From assembly GCA_051530055.1 (NCBI GenBank), contig CM121342.1, positions 13,841,480 to 13,905,479 on the forward strand: a stretch of 64,000 nucleotides of DNA, given 5' to 3'. This DNA is from Neoechinorhynchus agilis. Taxonomy: Eukaryota; Animalia; Acanthocephala. Position 1 is the first letter of the stretch, and each line of letters begins with the position of its first letter. Under the pieces are notes generated by a model. That model saw nothing but the letters and a program-made list of their open reading frames with translations. It was not told the origin of the DNA and did not search any database. Position numbers and translations under genes: made by a program. Below, piece by piece: positions 37,940-50,156 of the stretch.

Positions 37940-40740
37940 CTTTACGAACTCTTCGCCGCTTAGCAGCACAAATTTGAAATAAAAGGATGGAGTGTCAGCA
38001 AGGGCATACGACCGTAAAAATCTTGCACCAATAAAACCAAAATGAACAGTCTAACAAACACACAAACAAGAATGAGGGTGTACCCTGAATGCGACACGCA
38101 GAGAACTCTTCTGATTTCTTTGAATAAATTATCAAATGAACAAAGACCAAACGCAGACGAAAACTGAGAATTGGATCTTTAAACGTCAAAGCAATGACGG
38201 GCATATGGGTGGAAATAGTGCACATGATGAAGAGAAGGAGGATTGAATGTCTACGTGTCTAGGAGTTGAAATGGAAAGGAGCCAAGGCTTGCGATCTTGT
38301 AGACGGCTTCAAGCTATTTTATAATGGTTAATTTTTTGGTAGAAATGGAGTTGGAGTTGTCTTGAGTGATAAACATACAACGTATAGACCTTGGATGGCA
38401 ATGCTTGGTGATCGTTAAGCCGGACTCACGCAGCAGGAGAAAGACCATTTTTGGGAAGATCTATATGATGTGGTCCATGAAATCAAGGAGGAAAGATGTA
38501 TAATATGTGGAGACCTCAACGGTCATGTTGGCGCGGAAAACTCGAGCTGGTGTCAAGCACATGGTGGAAGAGGCTTTGGAACCCGAAATCCAGCGGGAGA
38601 AAGCATTTTTTACTTTGCGTTGACAAATAAACTTCGGAAAAGAAGAATGACAACTTGTGACTTATAGCAGCGGCGGGAGAAAAACTCAAATCCATTATGT
38701 CTTCTATCCACAAGAAAAATGGAGAGAAGTGCAACACGTAAAAACTATATCTGCAGCGACGTGCGCTCCAGAACACCGTTTACTGTGTATAGACTTGGAG
38801 ATCAAGAACCTCAAACGGCCCAAATGCAGGATGCCTAGCAAAATCAAATGGTGGCTACTTGATCAAACTCCATATCGTGAGGAATTCAAGAAGCAGGTCA
38901 TCAGCATTCTAAATTACGACATTGAGGATACGAACGGATGGCGGATTAAATCGGCAGAGGAAATTCGTAGAATAGGCAGAGAAACCCTTGGAGCAACCAC
39001 ATGTAGAAAATTACCGAAACAAGAAACATAGTGGTGGAACGACGAGTTGCAAAGGGCGATAGCGGACAAAAAGAGTGCGAAAAAGAAAATGGATGCATAT
39101 CATTCTGGGGGGAATAAAGAAATATATAAGAAGGCGAGAAAAAGAGCTAAGAAAGCTGTGGCGATAAAGAGGCAAGCGGCAAATTCAATATTCTATTCAA
39201 AGCTACAAGAAGACAAAACAATGTCATATGGGTTCAATGTGGCGAAGATAAAGGATCGAAGGACATTACCAAGGTAAAGCAAATTAAGGACATGGGAACA
39301 TTTTCAGCGAAGAAAAAGAAGTTAAAGAAAGGTGGAGAGAATACTTCGATCAACTGCTGAACAGTAAGAATGGAGCAGAAAGAGTGCAGGAACCTAACGA
39401 AGGTTTAGTCAACGCATTATCAGAGGTCGAAGTTAAAACCGCACTTTCCAAGATGAAAAACGGGAAAACGGCGGGCCCAGATGAAATACCCATAAAGGTC
39501 TGGAAAGTGCTTGAAGTTGATGCTGTTCCACTATTAACAAATCTCTTCAAGCGAATACTCACTACTGAAAAGATCCGGAACGAATGGAGGCAGATCACAC
39601 TGTTACCGATATACAAACAGAGAGGAGATGTCAGAGCTTGTTCAAGCTATCGAGGAATCAAATTGTTGAGCAACACGATGAAGCTATACGAAGTTATAAT
39701 TGATCAACGCCTGCGGAGCGAAATGTCCATATCAGAGGAGCGGAGAGGATTCGTGCCCGGCAGAAGTAGTACTGAAGCTGCATTTGCGTTTCGTCACTAA
39801 TATGAAAAATGCTTTGAAAAACGAAGGGAAATACACAGCGTGTTCATCGACCTCGAAAAAGCCTATGACACTGTCCCTAGAAAACTGATATGGAACTGCC
39901 TTAGAGGAGAACTCTGCCCTAAAAGACTTATATCACAACGATTCAGGGCATGCACAGGCAGAGCAAAGTGAATATAAGGACGCCAGTTGATAGTACGGAT
40001 CATTTCTCGGTGAACGTACGATTGAATCAAGGCTCAGCTTTGAACCGCCATGGAACATGCTTTTCGCCGACGATATCGTCCTTTCCAGCTATAATTCCCA
40101 GGATCTCAACAATGACCTAGAGAAATGGAGGGAAGCTCTGGAAAGTCAAGGTTTAAAAAATTCCAAGGGGAGAAATCATTCTACGTCTGAACGGAAAGCA
40201 TTTTCCTTCAAGAGTCACCGTTGCAGAAATTCGACAAATTATAGTGTCGATGTAAACCGATATCACCGCCGAGATTTCATCGAGAAAAAATAGCGAATGG
40301 ATGAAGTAGAAAAGTCTAACTGGGATCTTGTGTGATAGCAAAGTGCCTGTGGTGTTGAAAGGTAGAGCCTTCAAGATGGCAATCAGACCAGCCATGTTAT
40401 ATGGGACGGAGACATGGAACACCACTGCCAATCAGATCAAGCGAATGCAGGCGAGGGATGAAATGAAAATGATTAGGTGGATGTTTCGGGTGACCAGGCA
40501 AGAAATGATTCCAAATAATGCGGTCCGGGGCTCAGCGAAGGTGGAGGTCGTGAAGGAAGCTATCGCGAAACGGAGAATCAAATGGAGCGATATGGTGAAA
40601 AGAGCCGAATCGATTTATTCGAAAAGTTGAAGAAATGGCAATCGAAGGGCCAGGAGGCGTCCCGTTGGTTGAGCAGTTCTGGGGCTTTGTCGAGCTGATA
40701 ACCAGAACTCTCCATCGCATTATGTTCGGAAATGCCCGAC
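37940..40740 (+). mobile_element. Decayed RTE-clade retrotransposon, copy 2 (more degenerate)
   Basis: CIICGDLNGHVG, YSSGGRKTQIHY, KTAGPDEIP, YRGIKLLSNTMKLYE, LFADDIVL, AIRPAMLYGTETW. The 5' end retains gtgtcagcaagggcatacgaccgtaaaaatcttg, homologous to the 3' half of the twister region of copy 1. Confidence 0.93.
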
Positions 40741-41389
40741 AAAAAGTACATATTTGAAGTCAGCAATTATTTCTAAACAATATACACGTCTAGGACGTTC
40801 TTCTTTGATGCAAAAATTAAAAAATATAATTTTAGATAGAGAACTGCTTCAACTTCTTAAAATCGCCATTTTTAGTTTCGTTTTCTTATTTGCAAATCGA
40901 ATAATTTATTATTTAATTAAGACATACGGATGAAGATTCATTTATCTAAATTTATTTGCTATTTGCGGCGAAAATATAGAAGTAATTTATAAAGTCCGAT
41001 ATTCGGCCCAATCTTGTGCCTTCGTGTATTTTAGATCCCTTGCGGAGTCTAATTCTATTTGACGGGCTTATACCTACGGTGCAACATAGGAAAATACCGT
41101 CGCATACAATACAATACAAATAGAAACATAACTGAGAGGAATTTAAGCCAAAAGATGATAAAATTAGGGTCATGGAATTAACCTAATTTTTCAAATTTCC
41201 CACGTTGTAGGATCTTTTAATTTCGAAACAACTTTCTGTTCAGAAACAAAATTTAGGGAGTCCAAGCCAAACAATTACAAAATTCATTGCTAAGGATTTC
41301 CTTTAATGGACAAATACAGCCACGGATTATGATGTTTTAATTCCAAAACAAACTTCTCTTTAGAAACAAAATTGAGGTTAATCTGCGGT

Positions 41390-43898
41390 TTAATCCTTTT
41401 TCCATAATGCCGCTGTTCTTGATGACTGCTTTTTGCATCCGAAAGGGACTCCCACCGTTGATGGTCTATACGTCCAACCTTCTCGTAGCTCACTTTCAAT
41501 TCTTAGCTGCTCGAAGTAAGCATTGATTTCCTCAGTCCGATATCGAGTGCCAAGTTGCCTTCGCATTCTTCCCTTGAACCTCATATCAGTACCGAAGTCC
41601 TTAAAAAAATCATCAAAGCTTTCGTATCCCACATACAAAACGTTGGGTATTGGACGGAACAAACCAAGAAACGGATAAATGCATTTGTATGGAGCGCAAA
41701 TATCGTTACGGCTAAAAGCTGTGCATTCCGTTAAGGTTGCAGGGTCGTTTGTATCAAGCGGATTTTGCGATAACTCCGTTGCAGTTTCGGGTAAAGTGGG
41801 TGGATCCTTTAACTCCTCCTTGGTAGTACTTGGTATTTTCTTTATCTGCTCAAAAAGCTTAGAAAATTCTTCGTACACTTCGTCGTCTTTCCTGGAGTCA
41901 TCAAGAATTCGTTGTCTTCTCTTCTGTCGAAGATCTTCCGCGGAAATTCTTGAAATCTCGCTATCTTCAACTTTCATCTTCTTCCGATCGACTTGTTTGA
42001 GTGGAACATCTTTATTGCGATTAGTGAGTTTCCTTTTGTAATCATTAAAGACCCTGTGCTCCTGATCAGTCATCTCGTTTTTGTCTTTATGCAGTTTTGT
42101 TCGTTTGGATTGCATTTCATTATTCGGTTCCGCTTCCCGATTGCGTTTTCCATTATATTTTTCAACCTTTTCGGCCGCGCTTCTGAGCTTCAACGTCGTT
42201 TCCATCAAAAGTCGCTTCTTTTCCTTACGAGCCTTGTGCTCTCGTTTGAATTGGTAATAATCACTGCGCTCTTGGTCGGTCATTTCGCTTTTCTCCTTTT
42301 TTGAGAGATATACAAGGTATTCCTTCGGTAATTTTGATAATGCTCTTGGCTTTTTTTGCCTGTGTTCTCATGTCGGATTTTGTTTCCATATCGTGACTTT
42401 CTTTTGATTTTTCTTCCCCTTCGACCTATTCCTTAGTGTCCTTGTGCTCAAAACCGGCCACTTTGTTTGTCCTTTTGTAATGAATTTGCATCCAAATATT
42501 CCGAGAATATTTCTTCATCTTCTTTTTCATTGGCACTGCAGCAGTATTTAGACGACCTTTCGTGCTCACTTCGTTCGAGCTGATAACCACAAAGCTCGTT
42601 TTTCGAAAAATGTATTGAATCCTCATTAAGGGTATCGAGTTTTCTTCGTTTTGATTGTATTTTCATTTTTGATTCAGTTTTCCGATTACGTTTAGGGTTA
42701 TATTTTTCAGCCTTTTCGGATGCGCTTCTGAGCTTCATCATTGTTTCCATCAAAAGTCGCTTCTTTTCCTTACGAGCCTTGTGCTCTCGTTTGAATTGGT
42801 AATAATCACTGCGCTCTTGATCGGTCATTTCGCTTTTCTCCTTTTTTGAGAGATATATAAGGTACTCCTTCGGTAATTTTGATAATGCTCTTTCCTCGTT
42901 TTGAGCACCGCCGTGTTGAGAAACCGTTGAGTGCCCGCTTGGAACGTCCTTAAATCTCGCATCTTGGATTTTAGTTAAATTCTTTAAAACCTCAGCAATT
43001 TTCTTAGATTTTGCTTTCTCGGTCTGTGTTTTCATGTTGGACATAGTTTCCATTTTTCGACTTTCTTTTAATTTCTCTCCTCTTTCGACGTATTCCTTTG
43101 TGTCCTGTGGCTCGAGATCAATCACTTGGTTCTTTTTCTTTTGTGAGCGATTCCCATCCAAATATTTGGAGAATTTTACTTCGGTTTTTCCAGCGCCATT
43201 ACCACAGCGATCTTCAGGCGACTTTCGATGCTCATTTCGTTCTTCGATATCGTTCCGACTAAAAGCCGTACATTCTGTTAAGCTTGCATGGTCGCTTGTA
43301 CTAAGCAAATTAGGCGAGAAATTCGTTAAAAGTTTGGGAAAAGCTTCTGAATCATTTAAATCCTCCTTGGCAATCCTTTCAAGTTTCTTTATCTTATTAA
43401 ACAGCTTTGAAAATTCTTCATACTCTTCGTCTTCATTTCTAAAGTCATCAAGAGTTCGCTGTTTTCTCTTCAGTCGAATATCTTCTGCAGTGATTTTTGC
43501 AGTCTCGTCTGCAACTGTCGTCTTTTTTCGATCGTCTTCTTTGAGTGGAACATTTTTATTGGGAAGCTCGGCTTCCAATTTGTGGTGATCATAGTCCTTT
43601 CGCTGCTGATCAGTCATTTCGTTTTTGTCGTTTTGTGCTGAAGATATTTCGTTGGCTTTTCCTTCGGTATCTGAGATTTCGGAATATAGATTATCGGTCT
43701 TCGATTTCTTTGTGTGTGGTGATCATAGTCCTTTCGCTGCTGATCAGTCATTTCGTTTTTGTCGTTTTGTGCTGAAGAAATTTCGTTGGCTTTTCCTTCG
43801 GTATCTGAGATTTCGGAATATAGATTATCGGTCTTCGATTTCTTTGTGTCGGCAATTTTTTTTATCATGGTTAGTGAATAGTTGGAGGTTAGTTTCAT
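41390..43898 (-). pseudogene. Lys/Glu/Arg-rich orphan ORF built from internal duplications, broken by frameshifts and a stop
   Basis: ORFs 43614-43898, 42448-43617 and 41390-42283 share repeated modules (MTDQERSDYYQFKREHKARKEKKRLLMET x2, TECTAFSRNDI x2, DKNEMTDQ x3). A 134-bp tandem duplication (43582-43849) shifts the frame. DTKEYVE in one module is DTKE*VE in the other. Confidence 0.65.
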
Positions 43899-44163
43899 TC
43901 GATAGTTATAATCTGCACTCCTAATTACATTTCAGCATAACGCACAGATTTGAGTCGAAGTGAATGAACGATCGCCTCTGTGCCTGGCAGCTGCTTACCT
44001 ATTGTTTTCTGTGATTTTTCTATTTCAAATTTTTGCTGCTCAGCGGCGAATAGTTGTTCCAATTTCAATGGAACGAATATCATCTCCCGTTTTCGCGAGG
44101 CACACAGCGATGCGCGGAAAAGTAGCTCAATTGCTTTTGGAATCTTTTTTCCCCTGAAATTGG

Positions 44164-44469
44164 TTGCCAAACCAGGAGATTGCCATTTTCACTTCTGATT
44201 TATATGATAAAAAATCTGAGATTGTATCGAAAGACGAGGATTCTTCGAAATACTGCCGACCGCCGTCACTCGGACGTTTGGAGCGAAGAGTTCGTAAAGT
44301 TTCGTCGTTATCTTTGGCGAGTCTGTCAATTGATGATAAAAGACGAACTGCTCCTCTGACATCTCCGTCTGCGAGCTTCGAAGAAACGCGTCCAGTAAGC
44401 GACCGATTTGATTTTCGGCAATGGTTACGCTCCTGGGCACGCCCCTTCCGTAGCTCGCAATCTGCTTAA
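44164..44469 (+). CDS. Possible exon of an unidentified gene
   Basis: A 101-codon Ser/Arg-rich open frame (RRVRKVSSLSLASLS...FDFRQWLRSW). No family recognised. Confidence 0.25.
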   Translation: MPNQEIAIFTSDLYDKKSEIVSKDEDSSKYCRPPSLGRLERRVRKVSSLSLASLSIDDKRRTAPLTSPSASFEETRPVSDRFDFRQWLRSWARPFRSSQSA

Positions 44470-45355
44470 AGGCATTGAATAAAATTTTGTTCAGATGAAC
44501 TTATTCGCTCTTTTATTTTTTGTTCACCGAAGCATCACAGTCTAGGAAATGCGACGCATCCACGGCAACTATGAGTTATGTTGTATGCAGTCGGTCAATA
44601 GAAAAGTAAATCTCTTTGCGGCTTGATATCGCGCGCCCCTTGGGATTATTTTTAGAACGTTACAATCGGCTTACATGATTTATTCCAACGAAAAGTCCAC
44701 CAAATCGCGAATCCTCTTAACAGTTCGATACATCTCTAAATATCCATAGGTGAAAAATATTTTTCAGAGACTGCATCTTGATTTGGCATTGCACCAATAA
44801 ATTTTATTTTTCGTTTCTGAAAATTTTAATTATCTTTTCGCGTTCGATGTAAAATTAGCCGCATTTTTGCTATTGTTTCCTGCTGGGAACGACGATTGTT
44901 TTGCTGTTGTGCAGTTCAAGAATAATTGAGAACTTTTTATTCGTTCTACATCATTGCAAAAACAATTCAATATTCGAACACATTAAAATCGGTTTTCGCT
45001 AAAAATGGATCAGTTCGTGGTACCCAAGAAAATCAACATTCTTACTTGACGCTTTTAATTCCTCTTTTAGACTTAAAATCATGGCTAAATTCAATACAGG
45101 ATAATTAAGTCATTGGATTTGTTGTTCGCCATGAAACTCACCTTTCAACTCATCCAACTCCAAACGAGTATTTTCTTTATCTATAGAAGTTGCATTTTGA
45201 ATAAGCTTTTCAGTATTCATGTTTGTTGGGCGATCTAAAGATTAGTAATTGTCTTCGGTTCCAGCAATTTTAAGACACTAACAAAAAGGCAGATCTACAG
45301 GTAGAACGGCAGAAGGTAAACTGTTTCCGGGTGGAGCAAAAGGTTGGTGGAAGAA

Positions 45356-46419
45356 CTACTGCATGATTTGAACGGGTTGTTGCTGCTGAGGGAACAAGGT
45401 AGTTGGCGTCCTAGAAGTGTCAATGTTAATTTTTATTTTATCGATTGGTAGATCAGTTGTTCTTAAAGATTCTGTGGTTGTCGTTTCTGTAAGCTCTGGC
45501 GAGTTCGTCTTCATTGAATCGATATCCAAACTTTCGGCGTCCTTGATTATCGATTTATCATTCATTTCTTCATTCTTCGGCTGAGCAGGAATCTCAGTTA
45601 TGCTGACCTCTGTGTCAATCTTCTGTGTGTTTTGTGGAGAGGGTATCTCTGCTTTGCTTGCTTCTGATGCCAATGTTTGTGTTCCATATCCCTTGTAGCT
45701 GTGATTCCATCCTGAATGATAATTTTGATTCATCCAGTTATTTCCCCACGGATTTTGGCCGAAATCGTACGACGGGGAGTTTGTAATCGCTGCCCTGGTT
45801 GACGCCGAACTCATTACTGGTTTGGCCATAGCTGTAGAATCGCCAGTTGAGTTTTTCATTTCGATTGCTTCGCTTTCTGGCGAAGATCCGATGCTCACTC
45901 GCGATTCCATTCCAGGTGCTGATTCACCAGACGAGGCGATCGGATAATTTGCCGGTCCTGACATTGCATTTGGTGTCGATACAGGTAATAATGGCGATCC
46001 AGCGGGTTTTTTATTGGTGGAGGCCAATGGTCCATTGATTGCGATCTGTGGATCCTTCTTGTCTGCTTGATTTATATAATTAATAAGCTTTTTCAGGTCG
46101 CCATTTCGAACTATATCCGAAACGGCTTTCTCATCGGTGGTAACGCCAATCAGCTTTGCGATACTGCTTTTATCAGTCTCTAAACGAGGAGCAAATCAAA
46201 TTTTTGCTATTAAATAACAGAAAATCTTACCTGTATTTAGTAAAGTTCCCCAGTCTTTGCTGGGATGCTTTATAAAGTACAAATCTCGGGCTATACAAAG
46301 ATAGAAATCAGTATAACGTCTACTTTCTAACCTGATCTTTGTGACGGAGATGTGGAAGATATGAAGCAAACAAAAATAATCGTGGATATTGCGAGCATTT
46401 TGAAAGTCTTGAACGACAT
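45356..46419 (-). CDS. Orphan secreted protein (~320 aa) with signal peptide and S/T/P-rich low-complexity C-terminus
   Basis: Exon 1 (46419-46332) reads MSFKTFKMLAISTIIFVCFISSTSPSQRS (hydrophobic signal). It is followed by a 41-nt intron (46331-46291), exon 2 (46290-46231), a 51-nt intron (46230-46180) and exon 3 (46179-45356). All junctions are GT-AG and phase-compatible. Confidence 0.78.
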
Positions 46420-46759
46420 GTTCCACCTTTTATCACAAGCTCTGGATAGCAGCAAACAACATTTAAATATATGTTTTTGCGACGCTTAAAGTAACAATCG
46501 GTAGTAAATACAGTTCGTCAACATTGACGCTTGTTTGCATGATGGTGATTTGAGTGATTTAACAAACTTTGAATATGCTCGCATGTTGCCCTGAAGATCT
46601 TATATGACATCCGTTTGTGCCACGATGATGTGCATTATTTAACTAAGAAATCTAACTGCGGATAGTCCAAAAATTCGATGAGGATGCAACACAGTTCACC
46701 TTGAAGATATTGAAGTAAGAAGTTCTGTGTTTCGGGTCAAAATAGACGGTAGGATTTTA

Positions 46760-47010
46760 TGAAATCACCGACGGATAAAAAATTGTGAAAATCGATTAGA
46801 CACGGAAAAAATATAAAGCTGATTTGGCGATAAATTTTTGCTAACCAAAATCAACGCTATTCGCTAAGAAGATTAATGCAGACTCGCCACTTGAGATTAA
46901 AAGTAATATTTCTCTCTAGAATGAATCGAATAAATTAAGACACCTTTGAAGACAAACGACTTGCAGTGTGTTTTTCAGCGAGTGTAACCGGTACACCCAC
47001 TTGGAAGAAA
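46760..47010 (+). mobile_element. Internally deleted pogo/Tigger-like transposase remnant
   Basis: IT..*KIVKID*TRKKYKADLAINFC*PKSTL resembles the N-terminal HTH (K..II...KKADVA..FG.PKSTL), and KRLAVCFSASVTGT resembles the DDE_1 motif KxRLTVLLCxxATG. Confidence 0.45.
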
Positions 47011-47669
47011 AGGATCTGACTGTTGAGGCTCCTGCTGCTTCTCAGCTTCCGAATCTTCGGTGGTAGCGCCAAAAATAGAGCTTAAGAGTGTGCGTCGGTG
47101 ACCCCGCCTTTCCCGTAGAGCTCTCGGGAGTGCTCTAATGTGAGTGTGGCTCGTGAGTGCTGCATGTTAGGTACTCATGTGTATGAGTCTGGGTGCTAAA
47201 AGGTTTTCTTTTGCTCGGATCTCCGCAATCCGCAAAATTAAAATCATTGTTTAGAAATCTTTCCCTCTTTAATGAGTTTATCAAAGAAGTTCTGCTGTTC
47301 ATCATCAGTTTGTTAGCCCTTAAAAGCCCGGTACCTCACATATAGACATCTTCACTGAGGGGGGTTCCGCATTGCCCGAAATGGCGATTAATTTGATTAA
47401 ATGCTATATGAAGCTCAATATTTTAAATCTGTAAGATCCTTAAGACTTTCTAACTACATCGATCGATTATAATTCAGTAACAAAAGCGGAGGCATAAAGG
47501 ATAGCTTATCAATAAATCGAATCAATTTTAAGACACAAACACCCAAAAACAACTCAAGACGAAAATCCTTCCAATTGAAAACGAACTTCGGTTTCGTCCA
47601 ACCGAAAAACTTGGCATTTCAATCCTAACGATTTCACTGTTTTCCTCCAACTCAATAAAAGCCTCGCAC

Positions 47670-47870
47670 CGATTATCTTTCATTTTTTAATGTGCCCTCT
47701 GAGATGTAATCGCATCTTCGGTCGTCATTGGGCTTTGGCTGCGCGCCAATACTTACTGCTTGTAAGTTTTTAAATATGTGTTAGTGCTGTAACGGAGGGA
47801 GATAATGCTCGTGTTTTGTCCTCGTGCTTTTATGAGAAAACGAAACTTCTTAGATAAATACGTCACCGAA
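47670..47870 (-). mobile_element. Dispersed segment homologous to the satellite monomer and to the PLE endonuclease region at 51500-51770
   Basis: The minus strand reads ...AAGAAGTTTCGTTTTCTCA...GGACAAAA...AAGCAGTAAGTATTGG...GCCCAATGACGA...TCTCAGAGGG..., collinear with the satellite blocks AAGAAGTTTCCTTTGCTGA / GGGCAAAA / AAACAGTAAGTAGCGG / GCCCGATGAAGA / TCTCCGAGGG. Confidence 0.7.
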
Positions 47871-48731
47871 TTAATGTCATTTTCGCCTAAATGCTTCACG
47901 CCGTAAAAAACGATGAATATGGGCATAAACTTAACACTCTTTTATTTGCTAAATAGTTCATCTAACATTTTTGAATTTTTTTCCTGAGCACTGGCGAAGT
48001 TTCTTCGCGAAATATTTTGTAATAGTAAAGGAATTGTACGTTGGCGAATCCTGTCTCCGGTGTTATCGATACTCATTAATCTATTTGAGAAATATTTCAC
48101 AAGGTTTTCCTTGCCTCTTCAGTCGCTATTTAAAATGGAGACGGTATAGACAGCATGCACAGCAGGTCATATCTGGATGTAGTTCAGATCCAAGGGTTTA
48201 CCCGAAGTGTGGGGAATAAAAATGCTGCTATCAAATCCTTTTCCCCTATTTTGCTTTTTGTCAAACACTTCCCCGCATTTTAAGAACTTTTATATTTGTA
48301 GACTAGCTTTAAAAATTGGATAAATTACAACATTGGATTTTTGGGTTATCCGAAAAAAAATCTCGTATCCGAATGGTGTCCGGTCCCAATTAATTCGCGG
48401 ATAAACAATGTTCCAATGTATTTAATTTTCATAACAAACAATGACCATTTGAGATTTTTACAATGAAATCTTACCTCCAGGAGGCGGGACTGGAGGTATC
48501 TGAGGATCCGGAGGAATGTACAAACTCGTACCGGATTGTTCAGTGCTTTGAGTAATTGAATTACTACTCTGAACGATGTCGGTGGGATGTGTGCCCAAAA
48601 ATTAACAGCCGTGTCATAATAGCCCACACATCGATAATAATTTAATGTTAGTTGATAAACAAAGCATTTGATTGGTTTGAACTTAGCGTAAGAATGAGAA
48701 AACAATTTTTGAGAGTTAAGTTTCGATCAAC

Positions 48732-50130
48732 ATGAAAACACCCACAATTCTCTTCGGCGAAAACGACATCACAAAGATTTCAAGGATAATTGCACAGGGT
48801 ACAGTCAACAAAGAAGTCAAACAAGAACTAATCCAAGTTTGTCGAGAATTGAATCTTGCGGATTTTAGACTCGATCTCTCAAACGACGGAGAGAGATCAG
48901 ACACGTCCGAAAGGAATGAAACCATCTACAAACACTCGAATGCTCCTGCACTTTAATGCTCTGGATAATTTTGGTTCAATTGGAAAGGGCGATCATTTTA
49001 GAAAACGTCGTAAGTACTTGCAAACAATGACGGTTGATGCGAGGTTACCTCCTTCGAAATATATCCAATAAATCAAATAGGTTATGACCGGGAAGTACAA
49101 CGAGGCAATGCTGCTAGCGTGATAGCGACAGCCGAGGAAGGAGAGAAGCTCCAATTTTACGGACGGTGGTGATTTCACGTTTTGTCCTTTATCATGGTTA
49201 AAAAAATAGAACTACATTTCATCGATCCGTCTTTTCCACCATTAGACTAGGACGGCAGCTTATTGATTCAGAGCGATGGCGTGAATGTTTGTAAATACTT
49301 TTTTTAATCATAACATAATAAGGGACAAAACGTGCAATCACCACCGTCCGCAAAATTGGAGCTTCTCTCCTTCGTCGGCTGTCGCTATCACGCTAGCAGC
49401 ATTGCCTCGTTGTACTTCCCGAATTCGTCAAAAAAAGAAATAAATTGAATAAATCACTATTGATATGTCGAAACAAAAAATTTAGAAATTGTTCTCTGAA
49501 AACTCGTTTAAACAAAAACCCATAGAAATTTCTTCTTTTTTCAGAGAAAGAAAATTTCATCACTTCAACCATTGTTAAGCTTATTTTTCTGAGAAAAATA
49601 CAACATAAAATTGCGTTGCAAAAGATGAAGATATGTCCGTAAAACAAACTCTGGAATGGTGCCAATATTTCAAGTGTGGCACGCGATCACAAAAATAATC
49701 AAAATACTCTGAGCCAAATATGCCGATTGTCAATCAAAATCCAAAGTTTTCCATTTCTTTGTTCCTAATTCGACGTGGCAACGGTATTCCTCTCCACGAT
49801 CATCCCCAAATGTTCGGACTTATTCGATGTCTTCACGGAGACATCACTATCCAATCATTCACGACCGACGACATCCTTCACAGATTTGAGATTATTGAAG
49901 TTAAAAAGGAATCGCTCGTAAAGTTGGACCCAGATGATCCAGAGAGATCAATAAGTGCTCTAGAACCGAATCTACGAAACATCCATGAGGTTTCTTCACC
50001 ATCTCAAGACGGTGTTGTCTTGGATATCTTGAGCCCGCCGTATTCCATAGCAGAAAGCTGGAACATTTTAAAACGGCAAAGGATATGTCAATATTTTAAA
50101 GAAATCGAAACCAATGAAAAAGGTCAGTAA
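48732..50130 (+). pseudogene. ADO: 2-aminoethanethiol (cysteamine) dioxygenase, PCO/ADO family, coding sequence split by a ~763-bp insertion
   Basis: 49720-50130 has FSISLFLIRRGNGIPLHDHPQMFGLIRCLHG, NIHEV, VLDILSPPY and CQYF (the cupin His ligands are present). Joining 48955 to 49719 restores ...SNAPAL-Y-MPIVNQNPKFSISLF, matching the APxxYM motif. 48732-48955 encodes a plausible N-terminus (QELIQVCRELNLADF). Confidence 0.8.
49089..49421. mobile_element. MITE-like element with ~105-bp terminal inverted repeats
   Basis: 49089-~49195 (cgggaagtacaacgaggcaatgctgctagcgtgatagcgacagccg...) is the reverse complement of ~49315-49421 with about four mismatches, around a ~120-bp AT-rich spacer. No TSD was identified. 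Confidence 0.85.
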
Positions 50131-50156
50131 ATTGCGGAAGCTTAAGTTCGTTCCTG

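Noticed and set aside
34375-43775. Numerous antisense ORFs over the RTE elements and the Lys/Glu-rich ORF
   Set aside because: They are Phe/Ser/Leu-rich shadows expected opposite purine-rich coding strands.
45290-45360. TAG after Gln codons followed by an open frame (also at 23574), suggesting TAG=Gln recoding or readthrough
   Set aside because: TAG ends the RhoGAP at a near-normal position and replaces a Tyr codon in a decayed duplicate. No conserved gene in the window needs TAG as a sense codon.
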